A stretch of 56,613 nt of DNA, the filler included, from Squatina squatina (Eukaryota), in the NCBI GenBank assembly GCA_031763465.1. It is 3 parts of 2 records of this genome, joined end to end, with 100 filler letters (N's around TTAATTAATTAA, not from the genome) between each part and the next. Parts side by side here need not be neighbours in the genome. Positions count along the whole stretch, not along the records: positions 17,137 to 41,913 come from JARFOE010000001.1; positions 42,014 to 56,613 come from JARFOE010000219.1; 1 more part is not named here. The stretch is one strand, 5' to 3'. Positions 37,947-51,140 of this stretch are shown here, in pieces. The position numbers and the translations under genes were made by a program. Each line of letters starts with the position of its first letter. Within the stretch, counting starts at the first letter, position 1. The notes beneath the pieces were generated by a model. The model did no database searches and had not been told where the DNA came from. It saw only the letters and a program-made list of their open reading frames with translations.

Positions 37947-40900
37947 CCAATATTTTAATCATGTAAAAGNNNNNNNNNNNNNNNNNNNNNNNNNNNNNNN
38001 NNNNNNNNNNNNNNNNNNNNNNNNNNNNNNNNNNNNNNNNNNNNNNNNNNNNNNNNNNNNNNNNNNNNNGTTACCGAGGTAAGTGGCACTAATTTTTCCA
38101 GCTTTCAAAAGTTAGTGGCCCAAACAGAGCGCTCGCAAATTTCTCCCCCCTAGTTTCTCCAGCGTTTCCTCATAACTCTTACTTCTCACACCAGGGATCA
38201 GTTTCATGGCTCTTTGCACTGCTTCCAGTGTTTGAATATCTCTCATTTCTAAGACTCCGAGAGAGTTTTTTTTATCGTTTGGGCAGATGGCCAGTGAAAA
38301 GTACCGGCTAACTGCCTGGGAGGCTCGGACCATTTCGAACATGTGTAAATGGAACTGGTGAGCTGTTCACCTCAAACAGGTGTCTTCATGCTGCATGCCA
38401 GATTTGGGCAGCCCAGCTAGCAGCAAGAAAGTCCTTGGAGGGGTTTTGCAATCACAGAAAGGGGGTTGGGTGGGAGGAGGGGGGACAGTTTGGGGTGGTA
38501 AGGAACCAGATTATTTTTGTGGGGCACTCCTGCTCCTCCAGGCCCCCCCAAAAATTCTTTTCACCTACCTTTGAAGGCTTCCGCGGCTTGGCTGACAGGT
38601 TCTACTTAGCGAAATCTCCACGGTGAACATTCCTCCCAGTGAGCAGTAACAATAGCTAAATGCTAAATGTGCTTTTATTCTTGAATGCACAACAGATATA
38701 TATACATTTCCATCATTGAAATTTTGATCGAATGACAGTTTATTTTTTGTGACCTTGACCTCTCACTATCTGTTCCTTCGCTTTTGTTCATTTTTGTTGT
38801 GACCCTCTGTCTCACTGTGTTATTTAACTCTCTTTCTTCCCTTTTCCTTTTGTGTATCCATCTGTCTACTTCAGACTCACGCAGATTGCCGTACAAATGT
38901 GACGTGCACAGTTACACAACCTATTCTTCACTCAGTCAGGATTCACTTACAATATCTCAGGTCTCATTGAGATAATTGTGCATAAGTTAAAATGGTACTT
39001 TCTGTGTTTGTTAAATAGAATTATTAACAGTTTTTATGAAACTGTTTATTAAGCCGATTTCATATTGTTTCCCTATGACTCATAATTTTCATTATTTCAA
39101 TCTGATCTTATAGCAATGAGGTCATAAATATGCATCATTGCTACAAAAATGCATCTACATAAATATTAGCTGCTGCTTTATGTCAGTGGTAAATAGGTTA
39201 TATAAAAGCACATTCATACAATAATGACACATGGCAATAGTTACCACAGCTGTATATCATTACGATAACCCAAGTTTGATCATTTGAAAAGCCATATCCT
39301 TCACAAGAGATGGAACATATCTGTTAAATCAGAGGCATTAAATAGGTTCTAACAATACATGCACTTCTTTAGTATATCTCAACGATTGGCAGTTATAGTA
39401 ACCATTAGAGTCCCTGCAATGTTTGGTTTTGTAAAAGCAGCTGAATTCACAGTACTCCAAACCTACATAATTGCATTTTTGCTTTCTCTTAACTGATCCT
39501 AATCTTCCTTAATAAGTTGGTGCACTATAAATATGCTTATTACTAGCTTCTTGCAATTACACAAAGTTTTGAAAGAGCTGCAGGTTTTATGATTTTTCTC
39601 TTAGTACTGAAAATAGAGCTCTCTTGTTTATGTGGATGTATAATAGTTGGTCCAGTGCACACACAACAGTGACTGTCTGCAGACCGACGCCAAACCTAAC
39701 ACATGCTCTGACCTGAGCAGATGGTGGTGCAGGGACACCAATGATCCAGAACNNNNNNNNNNCCAGAACTAATAGCATGTGCCATGTCACATTGTTTAAA
39801 GCAGACTGCAGAGTCCCTGTAATTTCCTATTACAACAGCTGTATACTGTATTTGCAAACTCATCAAATGGAGAATTCAAGTTTACTAGATTGGTATTTAG
39901 ACAGGTACCTATTTACTCTTTGAGAGGACAAGTGTTTACCCAGAACTTATTTTAGGTTGTAAAATGTTTGAGTTATATCTAATTTGTTTGCCAGTGAAAT
40001 TAGAGAAGAAATGTTTCTAACACACCTTTTTTAATTAGTATTTTTGTTTGAAACCATCACCAGTAACATATTAGCATATATTAAACACACCTAGAAATTA
40101 ACTTGTAACACTTTTGAACTCCTGTGTATTGGAGAATGAATGCTAATGTAAATACAACATTTGTAACGTTTTCTCGAGAATCCCACTATCATCAGGACAT
40201 AGATGGGAATGTAGAGTACATCAGACTAACAATTCTAACTGAAACCCATTTACACTGTACATCACATTGATGTAAACGCTATTCAATTTTGCAGCCCTGT
40301 CATAACATAGTCTAGGGGTCTAACTCTCGTTTTAGGCGTCTGCTCAAAAAATGGGCCCCGCAAATTTAGCAATGGGACGATGCCTGCACAGATTAGGCAC
40401 AGCCTGTACCACTGTTAAGTTTTTATGCTTTGCACCTCAACTTTTCTCATGTACTCAGACAGTGTTTGTATAATACCAGTAACAACAATATTCACTGTTT
40501 GTGGTTTTCCTGTTTTGTAGCAATTAATTTGAAAATACACAAATTCCTGNNNNNNNNNNNNNNNNNNNNNNNNNNNNNNNNNNNNNNNNNNNNNNNNNNN
40601 NNNNNNNNNNNNNNNNNNNNNNNNNNNNNNNNNNNNNNNNNNNNNNNNNAGTGACCATAAATAATAAAAATGGAAACTGCTGGAAATACTCAGCAGGTCA
40701 GGCAGCATCTGTGGAGAAAGAAACTTAGTTAATATTTCAGATTGTTTACCTAACCTGTCCCTTTAAGGCCACTACTCATTTTGCATTTGTAACAAAGTGT
40801 GACACCTGAATGTTGGCATGCAGCTTTTGATATATTTCTAGTGGATTTTCCATCTCACTAAGTTGGTGGGTATATTGTTATATTATGAAATGGAAAATCT

Positions 40901-41913
40901 ATTATTGTATAAATAGAAGGTACAATGTATCACAGAGGGTAATTGCTGGAATGGTTGCTACTTGTGGGAAAAGGAAAATTAGACATTTAAATTGAGTTAT
41001 TAATAAAGTATGCATAACTCTTACATTCAATGTTGGTAGATTATTTGATTTCCATAGATTAGGACTGTTGTCTAGTATAAAGGTTTTATATTGAGTAAAA
41101 CAGAAGATTAGGCATTGAGCTCAGCGTGGGTTTCTTGGTTTTGTGGCTGAGTCTTTAGGTTCTTCAAGTCTTTGATTGTGGGGATGATTTCCAGCACGAG
41201 TGTTGAATGGTGAGATAAGTGACATCAGAGCAGGAGTTGGTCTCGGGCGGCATAGACCCAGGTATGATTATTGATGCTGGGGCTCTTCAGTGGGATTTGT
41301 GGTAAGATGAAAGAACCATGAAAGAATCAACTTAATTTTACAAAAATGAAAATAGAGAAATAAATGAATAAATTAAAAGTACTGTCACCTAAGTATGTGT
41401 TGGGGGAAGTGGGTATCCTGTCTGTGGACAATGCAACTAAACTGCCAGGCTTTTGAAAGACTGAAGCTGCTACAGAAAATTCTTAATGAAGATACAATCT
41501 ACTCTTAATTCAAATTAAGCCAGTTCAAATATCTGAATAAGAATTTCTTTATGCTCCAGATTCCCGCTTTGTATTAATATTGCTTAATTCAAATCATTGA
41601 ATAACTTGAGTTTTTTAGTGGGAAAAAAAACTTCAAATTATCAGTAGATTGTAGTCAAAGGAAGAGAAAATAATCATAGTGTGAAATGTATCTATTTTGA
41701 GAAATTTTGAGCTATAGGTTTTTGAATTTGAAAGGAAAATTGCAGTTGAAGTGATACCAGAGGGACAGGACGTCTACATTATTGTACCATTTTGCGTATC
41801 ACAACTCTCTTATGCAGTCCCACAGGGTCGAGGATGACTTGCTTCCACTCTGCAGTGTGGGTTCTGAGGTGACTAAATAGTCCCATACTGGACCTGCAAA
41901 CTACCACAGGTGG

Positions 41914-42013
41914 NNNNNNNNNNNNNNNNNNNNNNNNNNNNNNNNNNNNNNNNNNNNTTAATTAATTAANNNNNNNNNNNNNNNNNNNNNNNNNNNNNNN
42001 NNNNNNNNNNNNN
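41914..42013. other. Artificial scaffold linker N44-TTAATTAATTAA-N44
   Basis: The 12-mer is at 41958-41969 in a 100-nt spacer, identical to 17037-17136. Confidence 0.95.
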
Positions 42014-44123
42014 AATGCCTGAAATAATACTGAGCCCAACACTGAACCTAAGGGCCGCCATGTACGCATTCAACGTTTAACGGATTTGTTTTTCAACCTT
42101 ATCCCAGGGTATTCAGTTCTACACTCAGATAAAGACCGTCACATCCCAGTGGAAGGAAGAAGATTCGACCGTAACTGGCCCATCTGTTGTCATGCCAACG
42201 ATGGGGCGCTAAGTTCACTTCACTGAAATGGCAGGCTCAACATGCTCCTCAGTACTGACTTTTCAGATCTGACCGTTGGAAAATTTGGACAGGAGTGGGC
42301 GGGTGGGAGCAACATGATCCTGTGTGGCCCTTGCACCTGACCTGGAAGAGGCATATTCACCAGTGAATGTGGGTGTGTGGTAAGAGGGAATGGAAGGGAA
42401 AATGTGGAGGATTTTTTTCATGACTAAAAGAGTGCATTTTACAGAAAAATTGCCCAGTTACATTTGCCTTTCATCAACCCAGTAAAGGAACATTCTGGGA
42501 AATTTTAAGCAAATTGCTAAATACCATCCCAACTTAGTGAGTGATTTTTATCTGCTGCAAAACCCCTCAAATTCTGATCACGTAGTACACCATCTAGATA
42601 TAAACACAGCAAAATGTTAAACAAAAAAAAAGATTTTTTTTTTTCCCCCCTCAACTTGAACTACTATTCGCCCAGTTTACTTTTTTCCCCAAAATATGAT
42701 CCCACACATTTGAGAAAGTAATCTACTGATCTTGTAGCTTGTTGAGGATGTAACTTCAAGCTAGCTGACATGTATGCATCCCAAAATGATCAGTATGCGA
42801 GTTGCTTTGATTAACACTCGATCCTTTAAATTAGCTCCAAATCAATGTACGGACTCACTAGGTGGAAAGAAAACCAGATCATTAATAACACTAATTCTGA
42901 GCTATTTATTTTGCTCTAATTGAAGGATTCAGTGCACAGCTACCTTTACTGGGATGATGAAAGGCAAATGTANNNNNNNNNNNNNNNNNNNNNNNNNNNN
43001 NNNNNNNNNNNNNNNNNNNNNNNNNNNNNNNNNNNNNNNNNNNNNNNNNNNNNNNNNNNNNNNNNNNNNNNNTAACTCAAGTTGGAGCGTGGGTTGAGAG
43101 CCTTACAGAACCTCCGAGTATCCGAGTACCCACGGCTACTATTGACTATGATATCATTAGTGAAGGGCTGCGAGCAGTTCTCCAACTCTTCATCTAGCAA
43201 ATAAATATATGTGGCACAGGCAGAAAACCCTAGCGAGAGAAAAGGACATAAAACAAATTCCTAAAAAGAAAGGAATTAAATGTTATCCTCATTACGATAC
43301 ATTAAATCAACACAATTTTAAAATTGTCTATTAGGTTACAGAAAAACATACTCGAGTACTTTGTCATCGCAATTTGCATTATGCCCCCATTCATTTGTTA
43401 CTATGATGGAATCAAATGTCTATGACGCAGTGAGCCAACAGAAGATGCCCAGCTGCTTGACATTGGATCAGTGCAAGAATAATGTAGCCATATACTGTAA
43501 CTTAAAGTGGTAGGTACTCTTCCAAATAACCAGACCTTCCTTGTTGCTAGTTGCCATATCTCCACACGATCCTTGTAACAATGGAAGACTAATCTTTCTT
43601 AGTCTTTCGTATAAATATGAAGTAACAATATCGCTTCTCTTGACAGAACTACGCCGACAAAGGGCCAAGCCCCAAATATCAACCTGTCTTTTTTTTTTGT
43701 AGATGCTGATCAACATGCTACTTATTCCCAGGTATTTGTTTCAGCATTTGCAGGTTGTAGGGTGGGGGGGGTGGGATCTGTTTATTTGTACTTTTTCATA
43801 AAACCTGTGCTCAACCGTCCTGCAATAACAATCCTTTTAATAATGACCTGAAGTCATAGGCTGAGTGCAGGGAATTAAAAAAAAACACAAACACACAGTA
43901 GGAAAGGAAAAACTTTTAAATTAGATTTGCATTGGAGAGGGTGCAAAAAAACCTTACAAGGATGGTACCAGAAACGCAAGGGTATACCCATCAAGAAAGG
44001 ATGAACAGGATGGATTTCTTTTCNNNNNNNNNNNNNNNNNNNNNNNNNNNNNNNNNNNNNNNNNNNNNNNNNNNNNNNNNNNNNNNNNNNNNNNNNNNNN
44101 NNNNNNNNNNNNNNNNNNNNNNN

Positions 44124-47100
44124 CCCCCTCAATTGGACAGTGAAATCTTTGAATCAGTAAAACCTGGTCTGTCCGCCTACGTAGATGACCCTGAGCAGGT
44201 GGGTACTGCATTTCTCTATGGGTGAATTTAATTCTTTAAATCACAGCCTTACACAAGTTTGCATGTTCTGTAGTATAATAAATCAGTGCAGTCAGAAGCA
44301 ACTGTAACTCTCAGATTGCTGGTTGATCTGGGAAATTGGAATTGCGTAACAAACTGGAAAGGCAGATCTTTTAACACCTATTCTAATAACCATGGCTAAA
44401 GGTTAACGCTGTGTATTTTAACTGCTACACGCAAGTGATCTAATTCCAGGTTGCATAACTGCAAGTTTGTTCCTGTTCCCTTTCCTATTTGCTTATTGTT
44501 CTTTTCCTTTCTGGGAGAGTACGAGGAGGAGAAGAAGAAGAGGACAGTCCTTTCCTTTTTCTTTTGACATCTGATGAGTGTACTCTGCTTGGGAGGTTCC
44601 CAAAGCTTTCCACTATTGGGGCTTTTCCTCGCCTCGTGTCTGGGTCTGTTGTAGACTAGTGGCTACCATGATAAGTCAATGTCTCCATTATTGTTGTACC
44701 ACATGACCACGAGGATGGCAGAAGGCAAACTAGATGAACCATGGTCTTTTTTCATATAACAGTTCCTATGTTCTTTTGGGGCAGGGGAGAAATTCCACAA
44801 GTCACACAGTGCTTCGCTAGTGCTATTCAATACGTTTGTTTTGACAGGTGCAGTTCTGGCAGCTCTTGTATCTGAAAAATATCAAGACCACTAGCTTGTG
44901 GCTACAGTGGGGTAAATGGACAGAATTGTTGAATCCAATCCCCAAAATAGCATGTAATTAGAAATGGAGTTTGACTTCTTGATCACAGCCATTGGTTTAG
45001 TGGCCAAATATAGCTTGAGCATTAGTGACTCTTGTGGTGTTTCCATCATCATCTTGTGAAAGACTGACTGCATTTTAACGAATTACAAACAACTTTGAAA
45101 TATAAAAAGGCATTGTGCAAAGACAAACAGTGCCCATCTTCATTAGCAACAAAGTGTTGACACAAGGCTTTGTTTATTATGCTACGGTTTGATTCTGTGC
45201 CCCAGTAACCAGCTCTGGTACATTGGGTTGTGTCGAAAAGACAGAGGGAGGCCTGTTTAAAGTTCTGTGTTCTTTTATTTTAGGGTGCGGAGACTGTGCG
45301 TGAACTACTGGACGTGGCAAAGCAGACAATACCATCAACTCACTGGCATACGACCCCTGTGGTGCTAAAAGCCACGGCAGGACTGCGACTGCTTCCTGAG
45401 CAGAAAGCACAAGCTTTGCTATTAGAGGTGGAACCTTGTAATATATCAGTGCCACCGTAGAAACTCAGCAGCATTGATGCAGTATTCCCTTGTAATTACA
45501 TGAAAATAAGCCAAATTCTGTATGCTGGGTCACTCTGGTGTCTTGGTATTAAACATTTACAGGCAAGGCCACTGGTTTAGTTTTCATGGGGTGGGCGGTG
45601 GGGGGACAGAATCACAGAATATGATCTCCAAAATCCCAGTAAAATCCTGGAATCTCAAATGGAATTTGACTCTTCCAGTCACTGTGAATCAGTGTTTGCA
45701 CCATTACCATCCAAGCTTTGGAAGGTTAAGAAATGATATNNNNNNNNNNNNNNNNNNNNNNNNNNNNNNNNNNNNNNNNNNNNNNNNNNNNNNNNNNNNN
45801 NNNNNNNNNNNNNNNNNNNNNNNNNNNNNNNNNNNNNNNNNNNNNNNNNNNNNNNNNNNNNNNNNNNNNNNNNNNNNNNNNNNNNNNNNNNNNNNNNNNN
45901 NNNNNNNNNNNNNNNNNNNNNNNNNNNNNNNNNNNNNNNNNNNNNNNNNNNNNNNNNNNNNNNNNNNNNNNNNNNNNNNNNNNNNNNNNNNNNNNNNNNN
46001 NNNNNNNNNNNNNNNNNNNNNNNNNNNNNNNNNNNNNNNNNNNNNNNNNNNNNNNNNNNNNNNNNNNNNNNNNNNNNNNNNNNNNNNNNNNNNNNNNNNN
46101 NNNNNNNNNNNNNNNNNNNNNNNNNNNNNNNNNNNNNNNNNNNNNNNNNNNNNNNNNNNNNNNNNNNNNNNNNNNNNNNNNNNNNNNNNNNNNNNNNNNN
46201 NNNNNNNNNNNNNNNNNNNNNNNNNNNNNNNNNNNNNNNNNNNNNNNNNNNNNNNNNNNNNNNNNNNNNNNNNNNNNNNNNNNNNNNNNNNNNNNNNNNN
46301 NNNNNNNNNNNNNNNNNNNNNNNNNNNNNNNNNNNNNNNNNNNNNNNNNNNNNNNNNNNNNNNNNNNNNNNNNNNNNNNNNNNNNNNNNNNNNNNNNNNN
46401 NNNNNNNNNNNNATTTGTCATTGTACTGATGTGTGCATTCTCAATCTAGGTCCAGGAACTATTTGAGGATTCCCCTTTTCTAGTACCAGATGACTCTGTT
46501 AGTATAATGAATGGGACATATGAAGGTTGGTACCAAAATCCATAATATGCCTTTTGTAATTTCTCTACAGCTGAAAATTGTGTGTCTATACTGGGGGTTA
46601 GTGCTGGAGAATCAGCCATTTCCTGCTGGGATTGAAAGGGACCATCTAATTCTTCTAATTCTCTGACCCTCTATAAATTTGATGAACAGTTAACTGTCAC
46701 TTGAAGACGATGTTCGTTATGCTGAGTTATGATAATTAATGTGATTTAGACATTGTTACTTGTATTACATTAGTGTTTACTTTCTCAACAAACATATGAA
46801 ACCTACCCTCTTTGATGGCTTAGTGGATGAGTAGGCATGGTTCTTGCTCCCTGAATGCTAGCCAAAGATAAGAGGTATTTGTGTATTGGACTTGGCTATG
46901 AATGCTCCTGTGGTCAATTGCCCCCTATACTCTCTGCTCGGACTTTTAGATANNNNNNNNNNNNNNNNNNNNNNNNNNNNNNNNNNNNNNNNNNNNNNNN
47001 NNNNNNNNNNNNNNNNNNNNNNNNNNNNNNNNNNNNNNNNNNNNNNNNNNNNGACAGTGCCACGCCTGGATTTCTGAGAAAATTTTTCGGATTCTGAGAC

Positions 47101-49261
47101 CCCTGGGCGTTCGCAACACCGGACGCTATTGGGGTGCTATTTTGAGCTGCAGCATTGGGAGCACGGCACACATGAATTTCAGGCCCAAAATGCTTTGTCT
47201 GTAGAGGTATTGATATGGAGATTATATTGAGCCTGAAACTGCTCTAAGACTGTGAATTAACTTTTTACAACAAAATTTTTAGGAGGTGAAGGTAGGTGAT
47301 CTTGGTGATGGATTGGGTACAGGGTCCAAAAAACATTTTTAAAAAGCTACAAGGAAACATTAATTGCTCTGAAGAGTTAATTTTCCAGACTAATTCAAAA
47401 GCAGCATTTACCTTAAGAAACTAAATCTGTAAAGAAAAAAGTGATAACAAGTACTTAATGCATCAACACAACTATTGTACCAAAAGACAGTTTCAAATAA
47501 TATTGCTCGAAGACACCAGAAAGGTCTTGATATTTACTATTTAAGGTTATAACCAGACTAGTTTGCTCGAAAAGCTTTAGAATTCTAAGTGGTCTGCCAT
47601 GCATTTTCTTTAACAAATTTTAATATTTCTTCTTCTGCTGCAGAGGTCTCAAGGATACGAAAGCAAAAAAGGTTACCTGTTTCATTTTATAAATCGGTCA
47701 CGCTTACTTTCTTTGAGTAATGAAAATCATTCACATAAATATGCTGCAGAGCTGCTGTTCCTTGCTTTGTTAGTTTTACACCAATGCAGTTAATTTTCCA
47801 ACATATGCATGCGCTAAACCACATCCAGTGTCCAGGATTGAGGAATCAAGATCATGATACAGTACTGCTGCACTGCCTCCACCATAAATGGCTCTCTAGG
47901 AGCGAATCAGCTTTTACTTGAAATGCTTCTTCCACACAGACATCGCACAAAACCAGTACAGCTAAAAAGGAGCACCAATGTCCATTGGTAAAAACCCGCA
48001 ACAAAAATAAAAGATGACGAACATTAGCTTTCCTGCGGCTCAATTTCTGAAGCATGCAGATGCAGTCTTCCCGTGAACCCTGCAAGGAGGGATTCTGGTT
48101 TGCTCGTTCAGTACTTCAGTTGCCAACATAATTTGTCTGCACGTCAATAACGAAATAAATAAAATGTCTCAGGTAGAGAAAGGTTAACCATTTATCAAGA
48201 ACCAAATTCAATGGCTTGCACATTTATTTTGCAGCAACTACTCAATCTGTGCAGTCATTTTGACATCAGTATTTTGTTAAAAATTAAAGTACATTGGTCT
48301 GCAGAACAGATATACTGTATAATATTACTCTGCAAACAGAAAAATGTATTAACATGCTTGTTTGCAAACTACTTTGTTCAATTTTCAAGGTAGCTCATTA
48401 AGCAGTTAATACTTTCAGTTGTCATGCAAGCACCATTTTCAACCATCATGACCAAATCAAAATAGCGCCTTTCATAACCTCAGGATGTGGCAAAGCACTT
48501 TACAGCCAGTGAAGTACTTTTTGAAGTGTAGTCACTGTTGTAATGTAGAAAACGCGGCAACCAATTGTGCACAGCAAGATCCCACAAACAGCAATGTGAT
48601 AACGACCGGACAATCTGTTTTAGTGATGTTGGTTCAGGGACAAATATTGGCCCCAGGACACCAGGGAAAACTCCCCTGCTCTTCTTCGAAATAGTGCCAT
48701 GGGATCTTTTACGTTCATCTGAGAGCAGACGGGGCCTCAGTTTAATGTCTAATCTGAAAGTCGGCACCTCCGACAGTGGAGCACTGCCCCAGCACTGCAC
48801 TGCAGTATCAGCCTGGATTTTTTGTTCAAGTCCCTGGAGTGGGACTTGAACCCACAACCCACAACCTTCTAACTCCGCGGCCAGAGTGCTACCAAAATGT
48901 AACTTGTATGTTAAATCGGATGGAATGACCTGTGTAAATATGCTTTCATTTGTAATCACAGTTCCCTCAGACTTCCTCTCTTGCTACACTGAAGTTACGA
49001 AGGTGGTTCAGAAGAAACTTGATCAGCAAGATGAAGTCAAAAGCAGGACTTTCTATGCCTTTTCATATTACTATGATCGAGCTGTGGATGCAGGAATGAT
49101 TGGTGAGTGAGCAGCTGAATATTTTTTTTTGTCCTTTGTTCTTCGACGTGTGTGTGTGTGTATACATGCCAGTTTTCTAAAGCTTTATTTATCTTTTTTT
49201 TTAGATGCTGAGAAGGGTGGTGTTATACTTGTGAAGGATTATGAAATGAAAGCAGAAGAAG
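44124..49261 (+). CDS. ENTPD5: Ectonucleoside triphosphate diphosphohydrolase 5, partial. Exons <44124-44198, 45284-45427, 46450-46525, 48962-49102, 49205-49261
   Basis: [24 protein letters not shown]|[48 protein letters not shown]|[25 protein letters not shown](G)..[40 protein letters not shown]|[19 protein letters not shown]. Apyrase conserved regions are present. GAETV, PVVLK and YYDRAVD favour ENTPD5 over ENTPD6. Confidence 0.9.
48465..48893 (-). mobile_element. Near full-length DeuSINE (SacSINE1-like)
   Basis: On the reverse strand: tRNA-like head with B-box GGGTTCAAGTCCC, the Deu core (AAAAGATCCCATGGCACTATTTCGAAGAAGAGCAGGGGAGTT) and an L2-like tail. A partial further copy lies at ~51165-51300. 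Confidence 0.88.
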
Positions 49262-49514
49262 GTAAAAATAAATTTTTCAGAATCTGAAGTAGGAATATTC
49301 TGTGCTTAAGGCACCACGTAAATGTACTCCTTCTTACTCAAATAGAACTGATTGCCAAGAACAGGCTTCAGACAGACACCACCCCTTCCCAGCAAGCCAG
49401 AAAGTGCAGTGACTCTGCAATGCTTTACACTGCATTCTTTTGAATGGAAAGAACTGATTATGCTACAACTCTTAGTAAAACAGAGTTCCAAAGCAAGTTT
49501 TTATGGGGGGCTGG

Positions 49515-49919
49515 GGAACAAGAGAGAAGGCGGCATAGGAGCCGGGGTAGGTCATTCGGCCCCTCGAGCCATTCAACAAGACCATGGCTGATCTACTTCA
49601 ATGCCATTTTCCTGCACTATCCCCATACCCCTTGTTGACTTTAATATCTAGAAATCTATCCATCTCTGTTTTGAATGTACTCAATGACTGAGCCTCCTCC
49701 AGCCCTCTGGGGTAGAGAATTCCAAAGATTCCTCACCCTCTGAGTGAAGAAGTTTCTAATCTCAGTCCTAAACGGCCGACCCCTTATTCTGAGACTGTGA
49801 CCCCTGATACTAGTCTCCCCATCCTCCCCGCATCTACCCTGTCGAGCCCTGTAAGAATTTTCCATGTTTTAATGAGATCACCTCTCATTCTTCTAAACTC
49901 TAGAGAATACAGGCCTAGT
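49515..49919 (-). mobile_element. CR1-like LINE 3' end
   Basis: LGLYSLEFRRMRGDLIKTWKILTGLDRVDAGRM..RGHSLRIRGRPFRTEIRNFFTQRVRNLWNSLPQ. Confidence 0.88.
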
Positions 49920-50019
49920 NNNNNNNNNNNNNNNNNNNNNNNNNNNNNNNNNNNNNNNNNNNNNNNNNNNNNNNNNNNNNNNNNNNNNNNNNNNNNNNNN
50001 NNNNNNNNNNNNNNNNNNN

Positions 50020-50501
50020 GATGCCACTCATTCAACATCCAGTTGGTCTGCTATCATAGGCTCAGAGTTATGACCGTCGATGTCCGCTATTCTGGCAGCA
50101 GCCACGATGCCTTAATCCTGCAGCAGAGCGGTGTGCCACCTCTGTTTCAGTCACTAAACCAAGCTTGCGGCTGGCTGCTTGGGGACAAGGGATATCCTCT
50201 ATGAACCTGGCTTATGACTCCCCTCTGCAAATCCAACACACCTACCCAGCATTCCTACAATGACAGGCATGCCGCAACCAGGAACATCATTGGGCAGATC
50301 ATCGGAGTGCTCATGCAGCGGTTCCATTGTTTGGATTGCTCCGGAGGAGTGCTGCATGACTCGGCTGACCAGGTCTCCATATTAATTGTCGTCATCTGCT
50401 GCATGCTGCACAACCTGGCCATCATGAGGGCACAGCCACCAGGATTCACCGCACCAACTCAGGTGGAGGAGGAGCAGAAGGCGCACCAGGAGGAGGAGTA
50501 G
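50020..50501 (+). mobile_element. PIF/Harbinger DDE transposase remnant (HARBI1-like, DDE_Tnp_4 type), inactivated
   Basis: HSFNIQLVC..VDVRYSGSSHDALIL..WLLGDKGYPL*TWLMTP..YNDRHAATRNIIGQIIGVLMQRFHCL..CCMLHNLAI. There is an in-frame TGA at 50202-50204, and the expected catalytic Glu (IE-R/Q) reads IG-Q. Confidence 0.9.
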
Positions 50502-50687
50502 CAGAAGTAGAATAATGGATGCGGAGGGCTAAAGAGATGGAAATGTGCTAATGCAAATTATTTCCCTTTAACGGAACAGTCTTCACAAGTGTCACTATGG
50601 AGGCCAATTGGCTCCTCTTCCAATTTAACTGCTTCTGGTCCTGTGCCTGAAGCACCCTGCCCACGTCAAGCACAAAAGCTTCAGTAC

Positions 50688-50777
50688 CTGAGTGTACGAC
50701 CATGTGTTTACGAAGACTGGAGTATTCTGTAAAACAGCGCCCGCAGTTTCCTGCTTCACAAACAAATGGCTTCTCTC
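50688..50777 (-). CDS. ZNF410: C2H2 zinc-finger exon of ZNF410 (90 nt)
   Basis: [30 protein letters not shown](G), AG/GT bounded. It matches recalled human [31 protein letters not shown]. ZNF410 lies near ENTPD5 in human. Confidence 0.85.
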
Positions 50778-51019
50778 CTAATGAAAGAGAAACACACCAA
50801 CAAATTATCATACAACCCAAAATAGAAATACATGCTGGGAGTTTCTACGAGGGCAGGAGGGGAGTAAGGACTCTTGCCGTTACTTCAATGAAACGGCCGT
50901 ATCCCGCTCGTAAGAAGTCTGCGGAAACGCTCCCCCAGTGTTTACCTACGATTGGCCACTTGGTACAAAATAGAAGGATCCCGAGTAGAGGGATCCCTAA
51001 TAACTCAACCTTAGTGTAG

Positions 51020-51140
51020 GGTTTGGTAGTGTAGTGGTTATGGTACTGGACTAGCAAACCAGAGGTTATAAGTTCAATTCCCATCATGGCAACTTATTAA
51101 ACGGTAATTTGTGGGTTTGCACAAAATAAAGTTGCCATGA
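51020..51140 (+). mobile_element. tRNA-derived SINE head
   Basis: A-box-like TAGTGTAGTGG and B-box-like GTTCAATTCC in GGTAGTGTAGTGGTTATGGTACTGGACTAGCAAACCAGAGGTTATAAGTTCAATTCCC. It does not form a clean cloverleaf. Confidence 0.55.

Noticed and set aside
40662-40742. Shark-type repeat end (GCTGGAAATACTCAGCAGGTCAGGCAGCATC), with weaker relatives near 2980-3060 and 43650-43750, as a ribozyme-bearing element
   Set aside because: No intact CTGA-N-GA..GAAA core is visible in these copies.
48480-48959. 159-aa minus-strand ORF
   Set aside because: It is a chance open frame through the DeuSINE.
50020-50501. Domesticated HARBI1 gene
   Set aside because: The in-frame stop and decayed catalytic motif indicate a dead transposon copy.
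51020-51090. Possible tRNA gene
   Set aside because: A- and B-box-like motifs are present, but there are no consistent acceptor or anticodon stems. It is better explained as a SINE head.
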